The notes under the pieces: generated by a model
Seen by the model: the letters and a program-made list of their open reading frames with translations, nothing else
What the model was told of the DNA's origin: nothing
The model's database searches: none
In this document: piece after piece, positions 26,670 through 37,272 of the stretch
How the letters are laid out: each line of letters starts with the position of its first letter
Position numbering within the stretch: position 1 is the stretch's first letter
Position numbers and translations under genes: made by a program
Source of the DNA: Candidatus Latescibacterota bacterium
Lineage (GTDB): Bacteria > Latescibacterota > UBA2968 > UBA8231
Assembly (NCBI GenBank): GCA_965208105.1
Contig: OZ242318.1
Span: forward strand, 928,001-992,000
Reading direction: 5' to 3'
Length of the DNA: 64,000 nt

Positions 26670-27602
26670 ATGCGCGTCCTGGTTACCGGCGGCGCCGGTT
26701 TTTTGGGGAGTCACCTCTGCGAGCGCCTGATAAACGAGGACCACGAGGTCATCTGCCTGGACAACTTCTACACGGGCGCCAAGGACAATATCCGCCACCT
26801 GCTGGGGCATCCCTACTTCGAGCTGATCCGCCACGACGTCATCGACCCTTTCAAGGTCGAAGTCGACCAGATCTACAACCTGGCCTGTCCCGCCTCTCCG
26901 GTTCACTACCAGAACAACCCCATAAAAACCATCAAGGTCTCGGTCATGGGGGCCATAAACTGCCTGGGCCTGGCCAAACGGATCAAAGCCCGGGTGCTTC
27001 AGGCTTCCACTTCAGAGGTCTACGGCGACCCGGAGGTGCACCCCCAGTCCGAATCATATCACGGCCGCGTCAACCCCATCGGCCCGCGCGCCTGCTACGA
27101 CGAAGGCAAGCGCTGCGCCGAGACCCTGTTCTTCGACTACCACCGCCAGAACAAGGTCGATATCAGGATAGCGCGCATCTTCAACGCCTACGGACCGCGC
27201 ATGCATCCCGACGACGGCCGGGTGGTGTCCAATTTCATCGTGCAGGCCCTGACCAACGAGCCCATTACCATCCACGGCGACGGCAGCCAGACGCGGTCCT
27301 TCTGCTATGTCGACGACACGGTCGAGGGGCTGGCCCGCCTGATGAACAACGGGCAGGTGCTGGGTCCGATAAATATAGGCGCCTGCGCCGAATTCACCAT
27401 GCTGCACCTCGCCCGGATGGTCATCGAAATGACCGACAGCTCCTCGCCGCTGGTGCACCAGCCCTTCAGGGAGGACGATCCCATGCAGCGCAGGCCGGAT
27501 ATCGGCGCAGCCAGCGCCCGTCTGGGGTGGAGTCCGACGGTGGACCTGGAAGCCGGACTGGCGCGCACCATCGCCTACTTCCGCAAGCGCCTGGCCTCCT
27601 GA
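26670..27602 (+). CDS. uxs: UDP-glucuronate decarboxylase (extended SDR)
   Basis: [40 protein letters not shown] and [14 protein letters not shown]. Confidence 0.93.
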   Translation: MRVLVTGGAGFLGSHLCERLINEDHEVICLDNFYTGAKDNIRHLLGHPYFELIRHDVIDPFKVEVDQIYNLACPASPVHYQNNPIKTIKVSVMGAINCLGLAKRIKARVLQASTSEVYGDPEVHPQSESYHGRVNPIGPRACYDEGKRCAETLFFDYHRQNKVDIRIARIFNAYGPRMHPDDGRVVSNFIVQALTNEPITIHGDGSQTRSFCYVDDTVEGLARLMNNGQVLGPINIGACAEFTMLHLARMVIEMTDSSSPLVHQPFREDDPMQRRPDIGAASARLGWSPTVDLEAGLARTIAYFRKRLAS

Positions 27603-27666
27603 GCGCCGGGGTTTCGCGCCCCCGGAAAGGCGGTGAAAGGGAGGGGCCGCGGAGGCCGGCGTCATC

Positions 27667-27695
27667 TTGACATCCACCCCTGGCCCTGCTATACT
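27667..27695 (+). promoter_or_regulatory. Near-consensus sigma70 promoter
   Basis: TTGACA(27667)-N17-TATACT(27690) with a TG extended -10 element, upstream of the IOR-rpiA-TRAP run. Confidence 0.8.
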
Positions 27696-27775
27696 TTCAG
27701 CCGATGCGGACCTGCAGGTTCCCACACAGCCTCGAGACAGGCCGGATCCCCTCATCCGGCTGAGCAGCGAAGCCC

Positions 27776-30700
27776 ATGGATCCCCGATTCCTCAAAGAAG
27801 ATGGCACCGCTATTTTCACGGGCAACGAACTGATCGTGAAAGGAGCCCTGGAGAGTGCGGTCGGCGAGATCACCGGGTACCCCGGGTCTCCCCTGGCCGA
27901 GCTCTTCGACACCCTCGAAAACATCCGGGACCTGCTCAACGAACGCGGAATCGTAGCCCAGATCGCCAACAACGAGGCCATGGCCGCCGCCCGCCTCAAC
28001 GGCGCCCAGATGGCCCAGGTGCGCGCCCTGGCTGTAATGAAGAGCGTGGGGATGCACGTGGCCGCCGACGGGTTGGCGCTGGGCAACATGGCCGGGGCCA
28101 CGGAGGAGGCCGGGGCCCTCGTGGCGGTGGGTGACGACACCTGGTCGGAAGGCACCCAGGTGCCGGCCAACTCGCGCTTCCTCTCGCAGCACCTCTACAT
28201 GCCGGTCCTCGAACCGGCCACCTTTCAGGAGATCAAGGACTGGGTCGGCGTCGGCTTCGAGCTCTCGCAGCAGACGGCGCTCTACATCACCTACCTGGTG
28301 ACCTCCAACCAGGCCGACGGCGGCGGCAGCGTGACCGTCTACCCCAACCGCTTCCCGGCGCTCAACGCCAGGAACCGCACAACCCTCGACACCCGCAGCA
28401 TTCCCGCCGAAGACCGGGTGGTAATTCCACCGGTCACCACCCTCAAGGAGCAGGAGGTGATCGCGCGGCGCTATCCCCGGCTCCTCGAGCTGGTGCGGCA
28501 GCGGGGAATCAACCGGATTCTCTACCCGGGGGATGAAAAGAGCAGCATCGGCTTCATCACTTCGGGGCTCGCCTATTCCTATCTCGAACACGCCCTGCAC
28601 ATCCTCGGTCTCGGCGGCCGCCTGCCCATCCTCAAGCTCGGGATAACCTACCCCGTCGATGCGGAAATGATCGCGGCCTTCGCCTCCCGGGTCGAGCAGG
28701 TGTGCGTGGTGGAGGAGAAGCGTCCCTTCGTCGAGCCCCAGGTGGCCTCCATCCTGACGCGGATGCGCCAGCAGGGGCGGCTACCCGACCTCCCCCTCTG
28801 GGGCAAGCATTTTCCCAACGGGGAGCCCGGCTTTCCCGACGTCATGGGCCTCCATCCTTCCCTCACCGTCCAGTGCCTCGCCCGCCTCTTTGCCCAGCTC
28901 GAGGCCGGCGGCCTCGCCCTCGATAGGACCCGCGTGAGGCGGGAGCTCGACGAGCTTCAGGTCCTCGAACGGGACACCGACCCGGTCCCGGAGCGAACGC
29001 CTTCCTTCTGTCCGGGCTGCCCGCACCGCGATTCGGCCAGCGTGCTCAAGAAGACCGCCGCCGACTTCGCCGACCCCGGCTACATGGCCAGGCAGGGGCT
29101 GCCGGCCACCGACCTCGTCTTCCACGGAGACATCGGCTGCTACTCCATGCTCAAGTACGCCCCTTTCTCCCGCCTGATGCACAACCTGTCGGGGATGGGT
29201 CTGGGAGGAGCGACCGGCGCCGGAATCGATCCCTTCATCGCCAACAAGCAGGTGGTCTTCATGGGGGACTCGACCTTCTTCCACAGCGGCCTGCCGGCTA
29301 TCTCCGACTCCATCAAGAACGGGCAGGACCTCACCTACATCATCCTCGACAACAAGACCACGGCCATGACCGGACACCAGCCCACTCCCGGGGTTGAAGT
29401 GGACATCCTGGGCCGGTCCACCTTCGCCCAGGACATAGAGGCCGCGGTGCGCGGCCTGGCCGAGGGCAGCGACACCTTCATCGCGCGCATGGACCCTTCC
29501 CGCCGCCGCGACTACCAGCGCCTGGTGGAGGACACCCTGCTGCGCCCGGGGGTCAAGGTCATCATTGCCGACAAGGAGTGCGGCATCACCTACCGGCGCC
29601 GGGAGCAGGCCAGGAACGCAGCGGTGATCGAGGAGCGCGGCTTCCTGCCCGTGGAGCACCACATCAACATCAGCGAGGACGTCTGCGAGTACTGCATGGA
29701 GTGCACCCGGGGGACGGGCTGCAGCGGTCTCATGGTCAAGGAGCGCACCGACTACGGCCCCAAGATCGCCATCGATCTGTCCTCCTGCGTCACCGACGGG
29801 GCCTGCACCAGGGTGGAGGTGGAAGGCGGCGACAAAACCTGCCCCTCCTTCGAAGAAATCACCATCCACCGGGACCAGGCGCCGCAGGCCAACCTGCCTC
29901 CAATCGACGTGGGCGACCTCCCGGAGCCGGAAACGCCCCCGCTCGGGGACATCTGGCACGGCTATATCGCCGGCGTCGGCGGCATGGGGATCAACCTGGT
30001 GGCCGCGGTTCTGGCCCAGGCCGGCATGCGCCAGGGCCACGAGGTTCAGCTCACCAACAAGAAGGGCCTTTCGATCCGCAACGGCTCGGTATACTCCCAC
30101 CTCAGCTACGCCCCCAGGGGCAGGATCATTTCTCCCCTCGTCCCCTGGGGCAAGGCCGATCTCCTCCTGGGGCTCGACCTTCTTGAGGCCGCACGCGGGG
30201 CGGACCCGAACGGGCGCAACCAGGTGGTCAGCCCCCGCCGCACCACCGCCCTGATCAACACCGCCAAGACCCCCACGGTGAACACCCTGATCGGCGCCGA
30301 GGACTTCTCCACCGAGTCCATGGCCGCCCTGATCCGCAGGAATACCCGGGCCTGTTTCGGCGCCGACCTCTTTCGCATCTCCGAGACCTTTCTGGGCAAC
30401 AAGCTCTACGCCAACATCATGATGCTGGGGATGGCCTACCAGCGCGGTCTCCTGCCGCTGGAGCTGAAGAACCTGAAGTGGGCAATGAAGGTGGCGGTGC
30501 GCCGCGACCTGGATACCAACGCGAGGGCCTTCGACATGGGCCGCCGCCTGGCCATCGACCCCGATTTCCTCCTCCGGGAAGACCGGCCCCGGAGCTGCGA
30601 GCAACTGCTCGAGGAGAAGACGGCGTTGCTCGCCAGGACCCGCAGCCGCCGCCTGGCCGCGCGCTACCGCGAAGCCGCCGAAGAGGTCCTGTCCGCGATG

Positions 30701-31372
30701 GATTTGGACGGGGAGACCCTCCGCCACCTCGCCCTGCGCATCTATGACCTGATTCAGTACGAGGACCTCGGCTACGCCCGGGCCTATATCGAAAAGGTCA
30801 GGTGGATCTACGCCAGGGACACGGCGCGGTTCGGCCGCGCCGCCACCCGCGCCGCGATCTACAACCTGGCCAAGGTGATGGTCATCAAGGACGAAATCTA
30901 CGTCGCCCACCTTCTCACCTGCGCCGAGAAGTACGAGCGCGACTTCAAGCGCTACAAGGTCGACCCCGCGCGCGGCGACCGCATCGTCTACCGCCACCTC
31001 ACCCGCCCCCACTTCCGCTTCTTCGGGCGCGATTTTCGACCCGACCTGCGCACCAGCGACTGGCAGCTGCGCCTGATGCGCCGGATGAAGGTCCTGCGCC
31101 GGCTGTTCTCCAACTGGTGGCACCGCGAGGAGCGCGAGTTCTCCCACTGGTACGCCGGCCTGCTGCTGCGCTTCGACTACGAGGACGAGGAAGAGTACCG
31201 GACCTGGGTCAAGGTCCTCGAGCTGCCAGAGGAAGTGCGCGGTTACCGCCAGGTGCGGACCCCCAAGATGGCCGCGGCGCGGCAGCGCGCCGAGGAGCTG
31301 CTGCAACGCCGGCCTCCGGCGACCGCTCCCGGCCTGTTGGAGATCGAGCCCCTGGCGGCGGCTTCGAATTGA
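27776..31372 (+). CDS. Fused indolepyruvate/2-oxoacid:ferredoxin oxidoreductase family protein
   Basis: GYPGSPL, MKSVG, VVEEKRPF, RTPSFCPGCPH, GDIGCY, TPP motif GDSTFFHSG...LDN, ferredoxin CEYCMEC, gamma-domain GVGGMG, and C-terminal KDEIYVA...LPEEVRGY. Confidence 0.92.
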   Translation: MDPRFLKEDGTAIFTGNELIVKGALESAVGEITGYPGSPLAELFDTLENIRDLLNERGIVAQIANNEAMAAARLNGAQMAQVRALAVMKSVGMHVAADGLALGNMAGATEEAGALVAVGDDTWSEGTQVPANSRFLSQHLYMPVLEPATFQEIKDWVGVGFELSQQTALYITYLVTSNQADGGGSVTVYPNRFPALNARNRTTLDTRSIPAEDRVVIPPVTTLKEQEVIARRYPRLLELVRQRGINRILYPGDEKSSIGFITSGLAYSYLEHALHILGLGGRLPILKLGITYPVDAEMIAAFASRVEQVCVVEEKRPFVEPQVASILTRMRQQGRLPDLPLWGKHFPNGEPGFPDVMGLHPSLTVQCLARLFAQLEAGGLALDRTRVRRELDELQVLERDTDPVPERTPSFCPGCPHRDSASVLKKTAADFADPGYMARQGLPATDLVFHGDIGCYSMLKYAPFSRLMHNLSGMGLGGATGAGIDPFIANKQVVFMGDSTFFHSGLPAISDSIKNGQDLTYIILDNKTTAMTGHQPTPGVEVDILGRSTFAQDIEAAVRGLAEGSDTFIARMDPSRRRDYQRLVEDTLLRPGVKVIIADKECGITYRRREQARNAAVIEERGFLPVEHHINISEDVCEYCMECTRGTGCSGLMVKERTDYGPKIAIDLSSCVTDGACTRVEVEGGDKTCPSFEEITIHRDQAPQANLPPIDVGDLPEPETPPLGDIWHGYIAGVGGMGINLVAAVLAQAGMRQGHEVQLTNKKGLSIRNGSVYSHLSYAPRGRIISPLVPWGKADLLLGLDLLEAARGADPNGRNQVVSPRRTTALINTAKTPTVNTLIGAEDFSTESMAALIRRNTRACFGADLFRISETFLGNKLYANIMMLGMAYQRGLLPLELKNLKWAMKVAVRRDLDTNARAFDMGRRLAIDPDFLLREDRPRSCEQLLEEKTALLARTRSRRLAARYREAAEEVLSAMDLDGETLRHLALRIYDLIQYEDLGYARAYIEKVRWIYARDTARFGRAATRAAIYNLAKVMVIKDEIYVAHLLTCAEKYERDFKRYKVDPARGDRIVYRHLTRPHFRFFGRDFRPDLRTSDWQLRLMRRMKVLRRLFSNWWHREEREFSHWYAGLLLRFDYEDEEEYRTWVKVLELPEEVRGYRQVRTPKMAAARQRAEELLQRRPPATAPGLLEIEPLAAASN

Positions 31373-31422
31373 TTGAACCCGCCAACCATGCCCGACCTGA
31401 CCGCGGATCCCTGGAAAAGACC

Positions 31423-32112
31423 ATGAACCCGAAAGAAGCGGCCGGATCCCAGGCTGTCGAATACGTCGCCGACGGCATGGTGGTCGGCCTGGGAACGGGC
31501 TCCACCGCCGAATACGCCATCAGAACCCTGGGAAGGCGCGTGGCGCAGGGCCTGCGCATCCGCGCCGTAGCCACATCCGAGGCCTCCGCCCGCCTCGCCC
31601 GGGAGCTGAACATCGAAGTCCTCGATCTGGAGGGCGGCCTGACGGTCGATCTGACCATCGACGGCGCCGACGAGGTCGATCCCGGGCTCGATCTCGTCAA
31701 GGGTCTGGGCGGTGCCCTGCTGCGCGAGAAAATCGTCGCGCGCACCAGCAGACAACTGATCATTATCGTCGACTCCTCCAAGATGGTGCCGCGGCTCGGC
31801 ACCCGTTCCCCTCTGCCGGTGGAGGTGGTCCCCTTCGCCTGGTCCCTCGTCCGGCACCACCTCGCGGAAGAGGGCCTGAGCGCCGAGCTGCGCCGGAACG
31901 AGGACACCGGAGGACCCTATGAAACCGACAACGGCAACCTGATTCTGGACTGCTACTTCCCCGACGGAATCGACGACCCCGTCCGCACCGAAAGCCGGAT
32001 CAACGCCCTGCCCGGCGTGGTCGAGAACGGCCTCTTCATCGATCTGGCGGACCTGGTGATCGTCGGCGAGGAGAACGGCGAATGCCGCCAGTTGAACAGG
32101 AGCGATCCATGA
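31423..32112 (+). CDS. rpiA: Ribose-5-phosphate isomerase A
   Basis: GLGTGSTA, DGADEVD, KGLGGALLREKIV, LPVEV and TDNGN. Confidence 0.97.
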   Translation: MNPKEAAGSQAVEYVADGMVVGLGTGSTAEYAIRTLGRRVAQGLRIRAVATSEASARLARELNIEVLDLEGGLTVDLTIDGADEVDPGLDLVKGLGGALLREKIVARTSRQLIIIVDSSKMVPRLGTRSPLPVEVVPFAWSLVRHHLAEEGLSAELRRNEDTGGPYETDNGNLILDCYFPDGIDDPVRTESRINALPGVVENGLFIDLADLVIVGEENGECRQLNRSDP

Positions 32113-33248
32113 GCCGGAAAGACAACATCCCCGACGCATCGCCGAGGCGAGACTTCATCAAGAAGACCGGGCTGCTCTCCACCGCGGCCCTGCTGGCCGC
32201 CTCCTGCGGCCCTGCGGAACGCAGCGCCCCACAACCTCGGACCCGCAAGACCTACAAGTGGAAGATGGTGACGGCCTGGCCCAAGAACTTCCCCGCCCTC
32301 GGCACCGGGGCGAACCACCTGGCAGAGACCATCGAGCGCATGTCCGGTGGGCAGATCGAGGTCAAGGTCTACGGCGCGGGGGAACTGGTCCCCGCCGCCG
32401 GGGTGTTCGACAGCGTCAGCCGCGGCACCGCCGAGATGGGGCACAGCGCCGCCTACTACTGGAAGGGCAAGCACGAGGCGGCCCAGTTCTTCTCGGCCGT
32501 CCCCTTCGGCCTCAACGCCCTGGAGATCAACGGCTGGCTGCGCTACGGGGGCGGGCAGGAACTGTGGGACGAGCTCTACGCGGGGTTCAATCTGAAGCCG
32601 TTCGCGGTGGGCAATACGGGGGTCCAGATGGGGGGCTGGTTCAACCGGGAGATCAACGGCCTGTCGGATTTCGTCGGCCTGCAGATGAGAATGCCGGGCC
32701 TCGGCGGTGAAGTGCTGCGGCGGCTCAAGGCCACGGTGGTCAACCTCCCGGGCGGAGAGATCTTCCAGGCCCTCAAGACCGGGGCCATCGACGCCACCGA
32801 GTGGGTCGGCCCCTACAACGACCTGGCCTTCGGCCTGCACCAGGCGGCGAGCTACTACTACTGGCCGGGCTGGCACGAGCCGGGCACGGCGCTCGAGGGC
32901 ATGGTCAACAAGGAAGCCTACGACGCCCTGCCTCCACACCTGCAGGCCGTGGTCGCCGGGGCCTGCCAGGCGGCCAACGACGACATGCTCTCCGAGTTCG
33001 TCGCCAGGAACAACCCCGCCCTGCAGACCATGGTCTCCGAGCACAAGGTGCAGCTCAGGAAGTTTCCCGACCAGGTCATGCGGGGACTGGGAAGGGCATC
33101 GGCGGAGGTGGTGGCGGAGATCGCCGCGAAGGACCCCTTTTCCAAAAAGGTCTACGAGTCCTTCGACCGCTTCAGGAAGCAGTCCATCTCCTACACCAAG
33201 GTCTCCGAAGAAGCCTACACCCAGGCGCGCTCCCTTACCTTCGGCTAG
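32109..33248 (+). CDS. dctP: TRAP transporter substrate-binding protein (Tat-exported, TakP-like)
   Basis: RRDFIK Tat motif followed by a lipobox-like LAASC; WKMVTAWP, GNTGVQMGGWF, MRMPGLGG and IDATEW. Confidence 0.92.
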   Translation: MSRKDNIPDASPRRDFIKKTGLLSTAALLAASCGPAERSAPQPRTRKTYKWKMVTAWPKNFPALGTGANHLAETIERMSGGQIEVKVYGAGELVPAAGVFDSVSRGTAEMGHSAAYYWKGKHEAAQFFSAVPFGLNALEINGWLRYGGGQELWDELYAGFNLKPFAVGNTGVQMGGWFNREINGLSDFVGLQMRMPGLGGEVLRRLKATVVNLPGGEIFQALKTGAIDATEWVGPYNDLAFGLHQAASYYYWPGWHEPGTALEGMVNKEAYDALPPHLQAVVAGACQAANDDMLSEFVARNNPALQTMVSEHKVQLRKFPDQVMRGLGRASAEVVAEIAAKDPFSKKVYESFDRFRKQSISYTKVSEEAYTQARSLTFG

Positions 33249-33286
33249 GGCCCCGGCGCGGCGGCCGCGGGAAAGCTGCACAGCGG

Positions 33287-33769
33287 ATGGATCGAATCGA
33301 CAAGCTGGTGGGCAGGACCATCCCCTGGATGACCCTGTTCATGGTCCTGGTGACCTTCGCCATCGTGGTGCTGCGCTACGTCTTCGCCAGGGGTTGGGTG
33401 TGGATGCAGGAGATCGTGCTCTACATGCACGCCTTCGTCTTCCTGCTGGCCGCCGCCCATACCCTGGCGCGCGACGCCCACGTGCGCGTGGACATTCTCT
33501 ACCGCCCCCTGCCTAAGCGCAGGAAGGCACTGGTCAACCTCCTCGGCGCCATCCTTCTGCTCGTCCCCTCCTGCGCCGTCCTGCTCTACCAGTCCCTTCC
33601 CTTCGTCCTCGACTCGTGGCGCGTCCTCGAGGGCTCGAAGGACGGCGGCGGCCTCGAAGCGGTCTTCCTGCTCAAGACCGGCATCCCCGCCTTCTGCCTC
33701 CTTCTCCTGGTCCAGGCCTGGTCCGTCATCGCCCGCAGTCTCGAGGTCCTCAGAAAGCCCTCTCCATGA
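33287..33769 (+). CDS. dctQ: TRAP transporter small permease
   Basis: IVVLRYVF...QE...HVRVDILY; four hydrophobic segments. Confidence 0.9.
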   Translation: MDRIDKLVGRTIPWMTLFMVLVTFAIVVLRYVFARGWVWMQEIVLYMHAFVFLLAAAHTLARDAHVRVDILYRPLPKRRKALVNLLGAILLLVPSCAVLLYQSLPFVLDSWRVLEGSKDGGGLEAVFLLKTGIPAFCLLLLVQAWSVIARSLEVLRKPSP

Positions 33770-35157
33770 CCGACCTGTTCCCCCTCCTGATGTTCGCGGC
33801 CACCTTCGCGGTCCTGCTGTCGGGATTTCCCGTGGCCTTCTGCCTGGCGGGCACCGCCATGGTGTTCGCCGCCGTCGGCGTGCTCAGCGGGGACTTCGAC
33901 GCGGTCTTCCTCTCCGCCCTCCCCGAGCGGGTCTTCGGAATCATGACCAACGAGACCCTCATCGCCGTTCCCCTCTTCGTCTTCATGGGGGTGGTCCTGG
34001 AGCGCTCCAGGATAGCGGAGGACCTGCTGGAGACCATGGCCCAGCTCTTCGGCGGCCTGCGGGGCGGCCTCGGCATCTCGGTGTGCCTGGTCGGAGGCCT
34101 TCTCGCCGCCTCCACCGGGATCGTCGGAGCCACGGTCGTGACCATGGGCCTCATTTCGCTGCCGGCCATGATGCACCGCAACTACTCCCCCGCCCTCTCG
34201 TCGGGGATCATCTGCGCATCGGGGACCCTCGGCCAGATCATTCCGCCGAGCATCGTCCTGGTGATTCTCGGCGACGTCATCAGCGCCGCCAACCAGCAGG
34301 CGCAGCTGCAGATGGGCAACTTCGCGCCCACCTCCGTCTCGGTCGGCGATTTGTTCATGGGCGCCCTGCTGCCGGGAATCGCGCTGATGTGCCTCTACAT
34401 CCTCTACGTCGTCATCATCGGCCTGTCCCGCCCCCTCCTGGTCCCCGCCATTCCCGCCGAGGAGCGGCCGTCCATAGCCAGTGCCGCCTTCCTGCGCCGG
34501 ATGGCGGTGGTCCTGGCCCCTCCCCTGGTCCTCATCGCCGGGGTGCTGGGCTCCATCCTCTTCGGCGTCGCCACGCCCACCGAGGCCGCCTCGGTCGGGG
34601 CCGTCGGGGCCATGGCCCTGTCCCTGGCCAAGGGGAAGTTCAGCCTGGCGTCGTTGAAGGAGGTCATGAGGACGACCACCGAGATCAACGCCATGGTCTT
34701 CACCATCCTCATCGGCGCCAGTGTGTTTTCGCTGGTGTTCCGGGGCTACGGCGGCGACGAGGTGGTGGAGCACCTGCTGCAGAACATGAGAGGGGGCGTC
34801 GTCGGCTCATTCCTGGTGGTGATGGCCCTCATGTTCGTCCTCGGGTTCTTCCTGGACTTCTTCGAGATCATCTTCGTGGTGGTGCCCATCGTCGGTCCCA
34901 TTCTGCTCAAGATGGGGCTGGACCCCGTCTGGCTCGGGGTGATGATCGCGATGAACCTGCAGACCTCCTTCCTCACGCCTCCATTCGGCTTCTCCCTGTT
35001 CTACCTGCGCGGCGTCGCGCCCAGGGAAATCAGCACCCCGCAGATCTACAGGGGAGCGGTCCCCTTCATCCTCATCCAGACGGCCATGCTGGTGCTGCTG
35101 TGGTTCTTTCCGGAGCTGGCCACCAAGGTCCCCGAAATTGCCTTCGCCAGGAACTGA
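33766..35157 (+). CDS. dctM: TRAP transporter large permease
   Basis: LIAVPLFVFMG, ASTGIVGATV, SGTLGQIIPPS and NLQTSFLTPPFG. Confidence 0.95.
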   Translation: MTDLFPLLMFAATFAVLLSGFPVAFCLAGTAMVFAAVGVLSGDFDAVFLSALPERVFGIMTNETLIAVPLFVFMGVVLERSRIAEDLLETMAQLFGGLRGGLGISVCLVGGLLAASTGIVGATVVTMGLISLPAMMHRNYSPALSSGIICASGTLGQIIPPSIVLVILGDVISAANQQAQLQMGNFAPTSVSVGDLFMGALLPGIALMCLYILYVVIIGLSRPLLVPAIPAEERPSIASAAFLRRMAVVLAPPLVLIAGVLGSILFGVATPTEAASVGAVGAMALSLAKGKFSLASLKEVMRTTTEINAMVFTILIGASVFSLVFRGYGGDEVVEHLLQNMRGGVVGSFLVVMALMFVLGFFLDFFEIIFVVVPIVGPILLKMGLDPVWLGVMIAMNLQTSFLTPPFGFSLFYLRGVAPREISTPQIYRGAVPFILIQTAMLVLLWFFPELATKVPEIAFARN

Positions 35158-35226
35158 CCGCAGGCCGGGCGGGAAGTCCATGCTCCAGCCAGTCCTCCCT
35201 TTGACCATCCCGGGCCCGCGCCAGGC

Positions 35227-35691
35227 TTACCGCGTCGCGCCACCTGCCCCGGCATCGCGGGACTGCTCCCCGGACTGCACCCCGACCCCGTACTTGTAGA
35301 CCAGGTCCCCGCCGTAGAGGGCCGCCTGCCACAGCAGCACGCAGGCCGCGGCGGAGGCGGCGATCAGGCCCTTGAGTCTCCAGTCCTGGTGGCGCCCAAG
35401 CAAGTGCAGCGGCAGCCGCCCCAGAACGATGCCCAGAAAGACGAAGAGGGCGATGGTGGCCAGGTCCTCGTGCCGGTCCATCTGCTCCTGGACCCCGGCG
35501 TGAGGCCAGCGGCTCGCTGCCTCGGTGCCGGTGAGCACGGCTGCAAGAGCGGCCAGGGTCCCCAGCACGAGCAGAGTGTAGGCGAGCAGGTGCCAGTCCG
35601 AGCGCCGCCTCCACCATGCCGCCAGATCCACGCAAACGCTCAGCGGCAGCAGGACCAGCGGAAAGTGCACTGCCACGGGATGCCACTCCAT
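35227..35691 (-). CDS. DUF2231-like membrane protein
   Basis: HPVAVHFPLVL...AVLTG...HE...GGDLVYKYGVGV. Confidence 0.8.
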   Translation of the reverse strand: MEWHPVAVHFPLVLLPLSVCVDLAAWWRRRSDWHLLAYTLLVLGTLAALAAVLTGTEAASRWPHAGVQEQMDRHEDLATIALFVFLGIVLGRLPLHLLGRHQDWRLKGLIAASAAACVLLWQAALYGGDLVYKYGVGVQSGEQSRDAGAGGATR

Positions 35692-35758
35692 TTCATTCCC
35701 CCGGTTTCTGATTCTTCTCGGCTGTGGATTGTTCCCTGCCCGCGCGGCAGGAGGCAGG

Positions 35759-35787
35759 TTGACATCTGGCTGCCGGGTCAATATCAT
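35759..35787 (+). promoter_or_regulatory. Sigma70 promoter containing a TTGAC-N13-GTCAA inverted repeat
   Basis: TTGACA(35759)-N17-TATCAT(35782). Confidence 0.7.
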
Positions 35788-35967
35788 CACCGCGCTCGTC
35801 CCCGGCAAATCCCGCCGCCGAACCGCCGCGACAGGTGCTCCATCGGCCGTCGACAGCCCGACGACCCCATCTCCGCCTCAATCCTGCCGGCGCCGCGGCA
35901 TACCACCGGCTCTCCGCTCCGGGACAGTGGGAGGCCTCCTTCCCCGCGACCGCCAAGGACCGATGCC

Positions 35968-37101
35968 ATGAACGGAACCTTTCATTGCAGCTCCTGCGGC
36001 GCCGGCCACGGCAGCCGCACCCGGCACCACAAATGTCCGGCCTGCGGCGGCGCCCTGCGCTTCTCCCTGGAGGGTCTCTCCTTCCCCCGCGACAAAATCC
36101 GGGCGCGGCCCGCCAATATGTGGCGCTACGCCGAGGCTCTACCCGCCTTCGAGGAGCCGGTTTCCCTGGGGGAGCCCATGACTCCTCTGCTTCCTATGCA
36201 GATCAGAGACCTGCGCGTCCTGGCCAAGTGCGAGTTCGGCCTGCCCTCGGGCTCCTACAAGGACCGGGGCGCCGCCGTGCTCATGAGCTACCTGCGCGCC
36301 GTCGGGGTGGAGGAGGCGGTGGAGGACTCCTCCGGAAACGCCGGGGCCGCCGCCGCCGCCTACGCCGCCCGCGCCGGCATCCGCCTCAAGATCTTCTGTC
36401 CGGCCACCGCGGCGGCCGGCAAGTTGTTGCAGATCCGCCTCTTCAACGCCGAACTGGTGCGGGTCGAAGGACCGCGTCCGCGCGCCACCGCAGCCCTGCT
36501 GGACTACGTTGAGAAAAGCGGCGCGGTCTACGCCTCCCACCTGTGGCACCCGCTCTTCGTCGAGGGGGTGAAGACCATGGCCTTCGAGATCGTGGAGCAG
36601 CTGGGCTGGACGGCGCCCCACTCGGTGGTCTTCTCCGTCGGCGCCGGCAGCATCGCCCTGGGGCTTTACAGAGGATTCAGGGAATTGCGCGACGCCGCCG
36701 TCATCCCCCGCCTGCCTCGCCTCATTGCGGTGCAGGCGCGCAACGTCTGCCCGCTCTACACGGCCTTCAGGGAGGGAGCGGACCGCGTCGTGCCGCCCCC
36801 CGATCCTCGGCCGACCCTGGCCGAGGGCCTGGCCATGCCGGCGGTGGTCCACGGCGCCGAGATCCTCGAGGGCCTGCGCCGGTCGGAGGGTACGGTGGTC
36901 GCCGTGGAAGAAGAGGAGATCGTTGCCGGTGTGAAGAATTTCGGGGCTCGTGGATTCTGCGTGGAGCCCACCACCGCGGTGCTATGGGCGGGGCTGGAGC
37001 GGTCGAGGGAGGAAATTGCCATTCCCGCCGATCCTCCCTCCGTGCTGATCCTCTCCGGCCACGGCCTCAAAGCCTCCCAGACCCTGGCCGAGCTGCTGTA
37101 G
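35968..37101 (+). CDS. thrC: Threonine synthase-like PLP-dependent enzyme (fold type II)
   Basis: N-terminal CxxC...CxxC, MWRY, SLGEPMTPL, PSGSYKDRG (PLP Lys), DSSGNAG, GVKTMAFEI and LSGHGLK. Confidence 0.8.
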   Translation: MNGTFHCSSCGAGHGSRTRHHKCPACGGALRFSLEGLSFPRDKIRARPANMWRYAEALPAFEEPVSLGEPMTPLLPMQIRDLRVLAKCEFGLPSGSYKDRGAAVLMSYLRAVGVEEAVEDSSGNAGAAAAAYAARAGIRLKIFCPATAAAGKLLQIRLFNAELVRVEGPRPRATAALLDYVEKSGAVYASHLWHPLFVEGVKTMAFEIVEQLGWTAPHSVVFSVGAGSIALGLYRGFRELRDAAVIPRLPRLIAVQARNVCPLYTAFREGADRVVPPPDPRPTLAEGLAMPAVVHGAEILEGLRRSEGTVVAVEEEEIVAGVKNFGARGFCVEPTTAVLWAGLERSREEIAIPADPPSVLILSGHGLKASQTLAELL

Positions 37102-37272
37102 TCCCCTCCTGGGCGGCCGCGGGCTGGATTCAGCGGAGCGCGCCGTCGTCGAGAGAATACCGAGCTTTGCCGCGGCCAGCGTCGGCACCATTGCCGAATT
37201 TTCCAGGTCCCGGCGGCCAGCTCGACGCCCTCCCATCCGGACAGAACAGGCGGGTCCGCGAATGGGGCCGCT

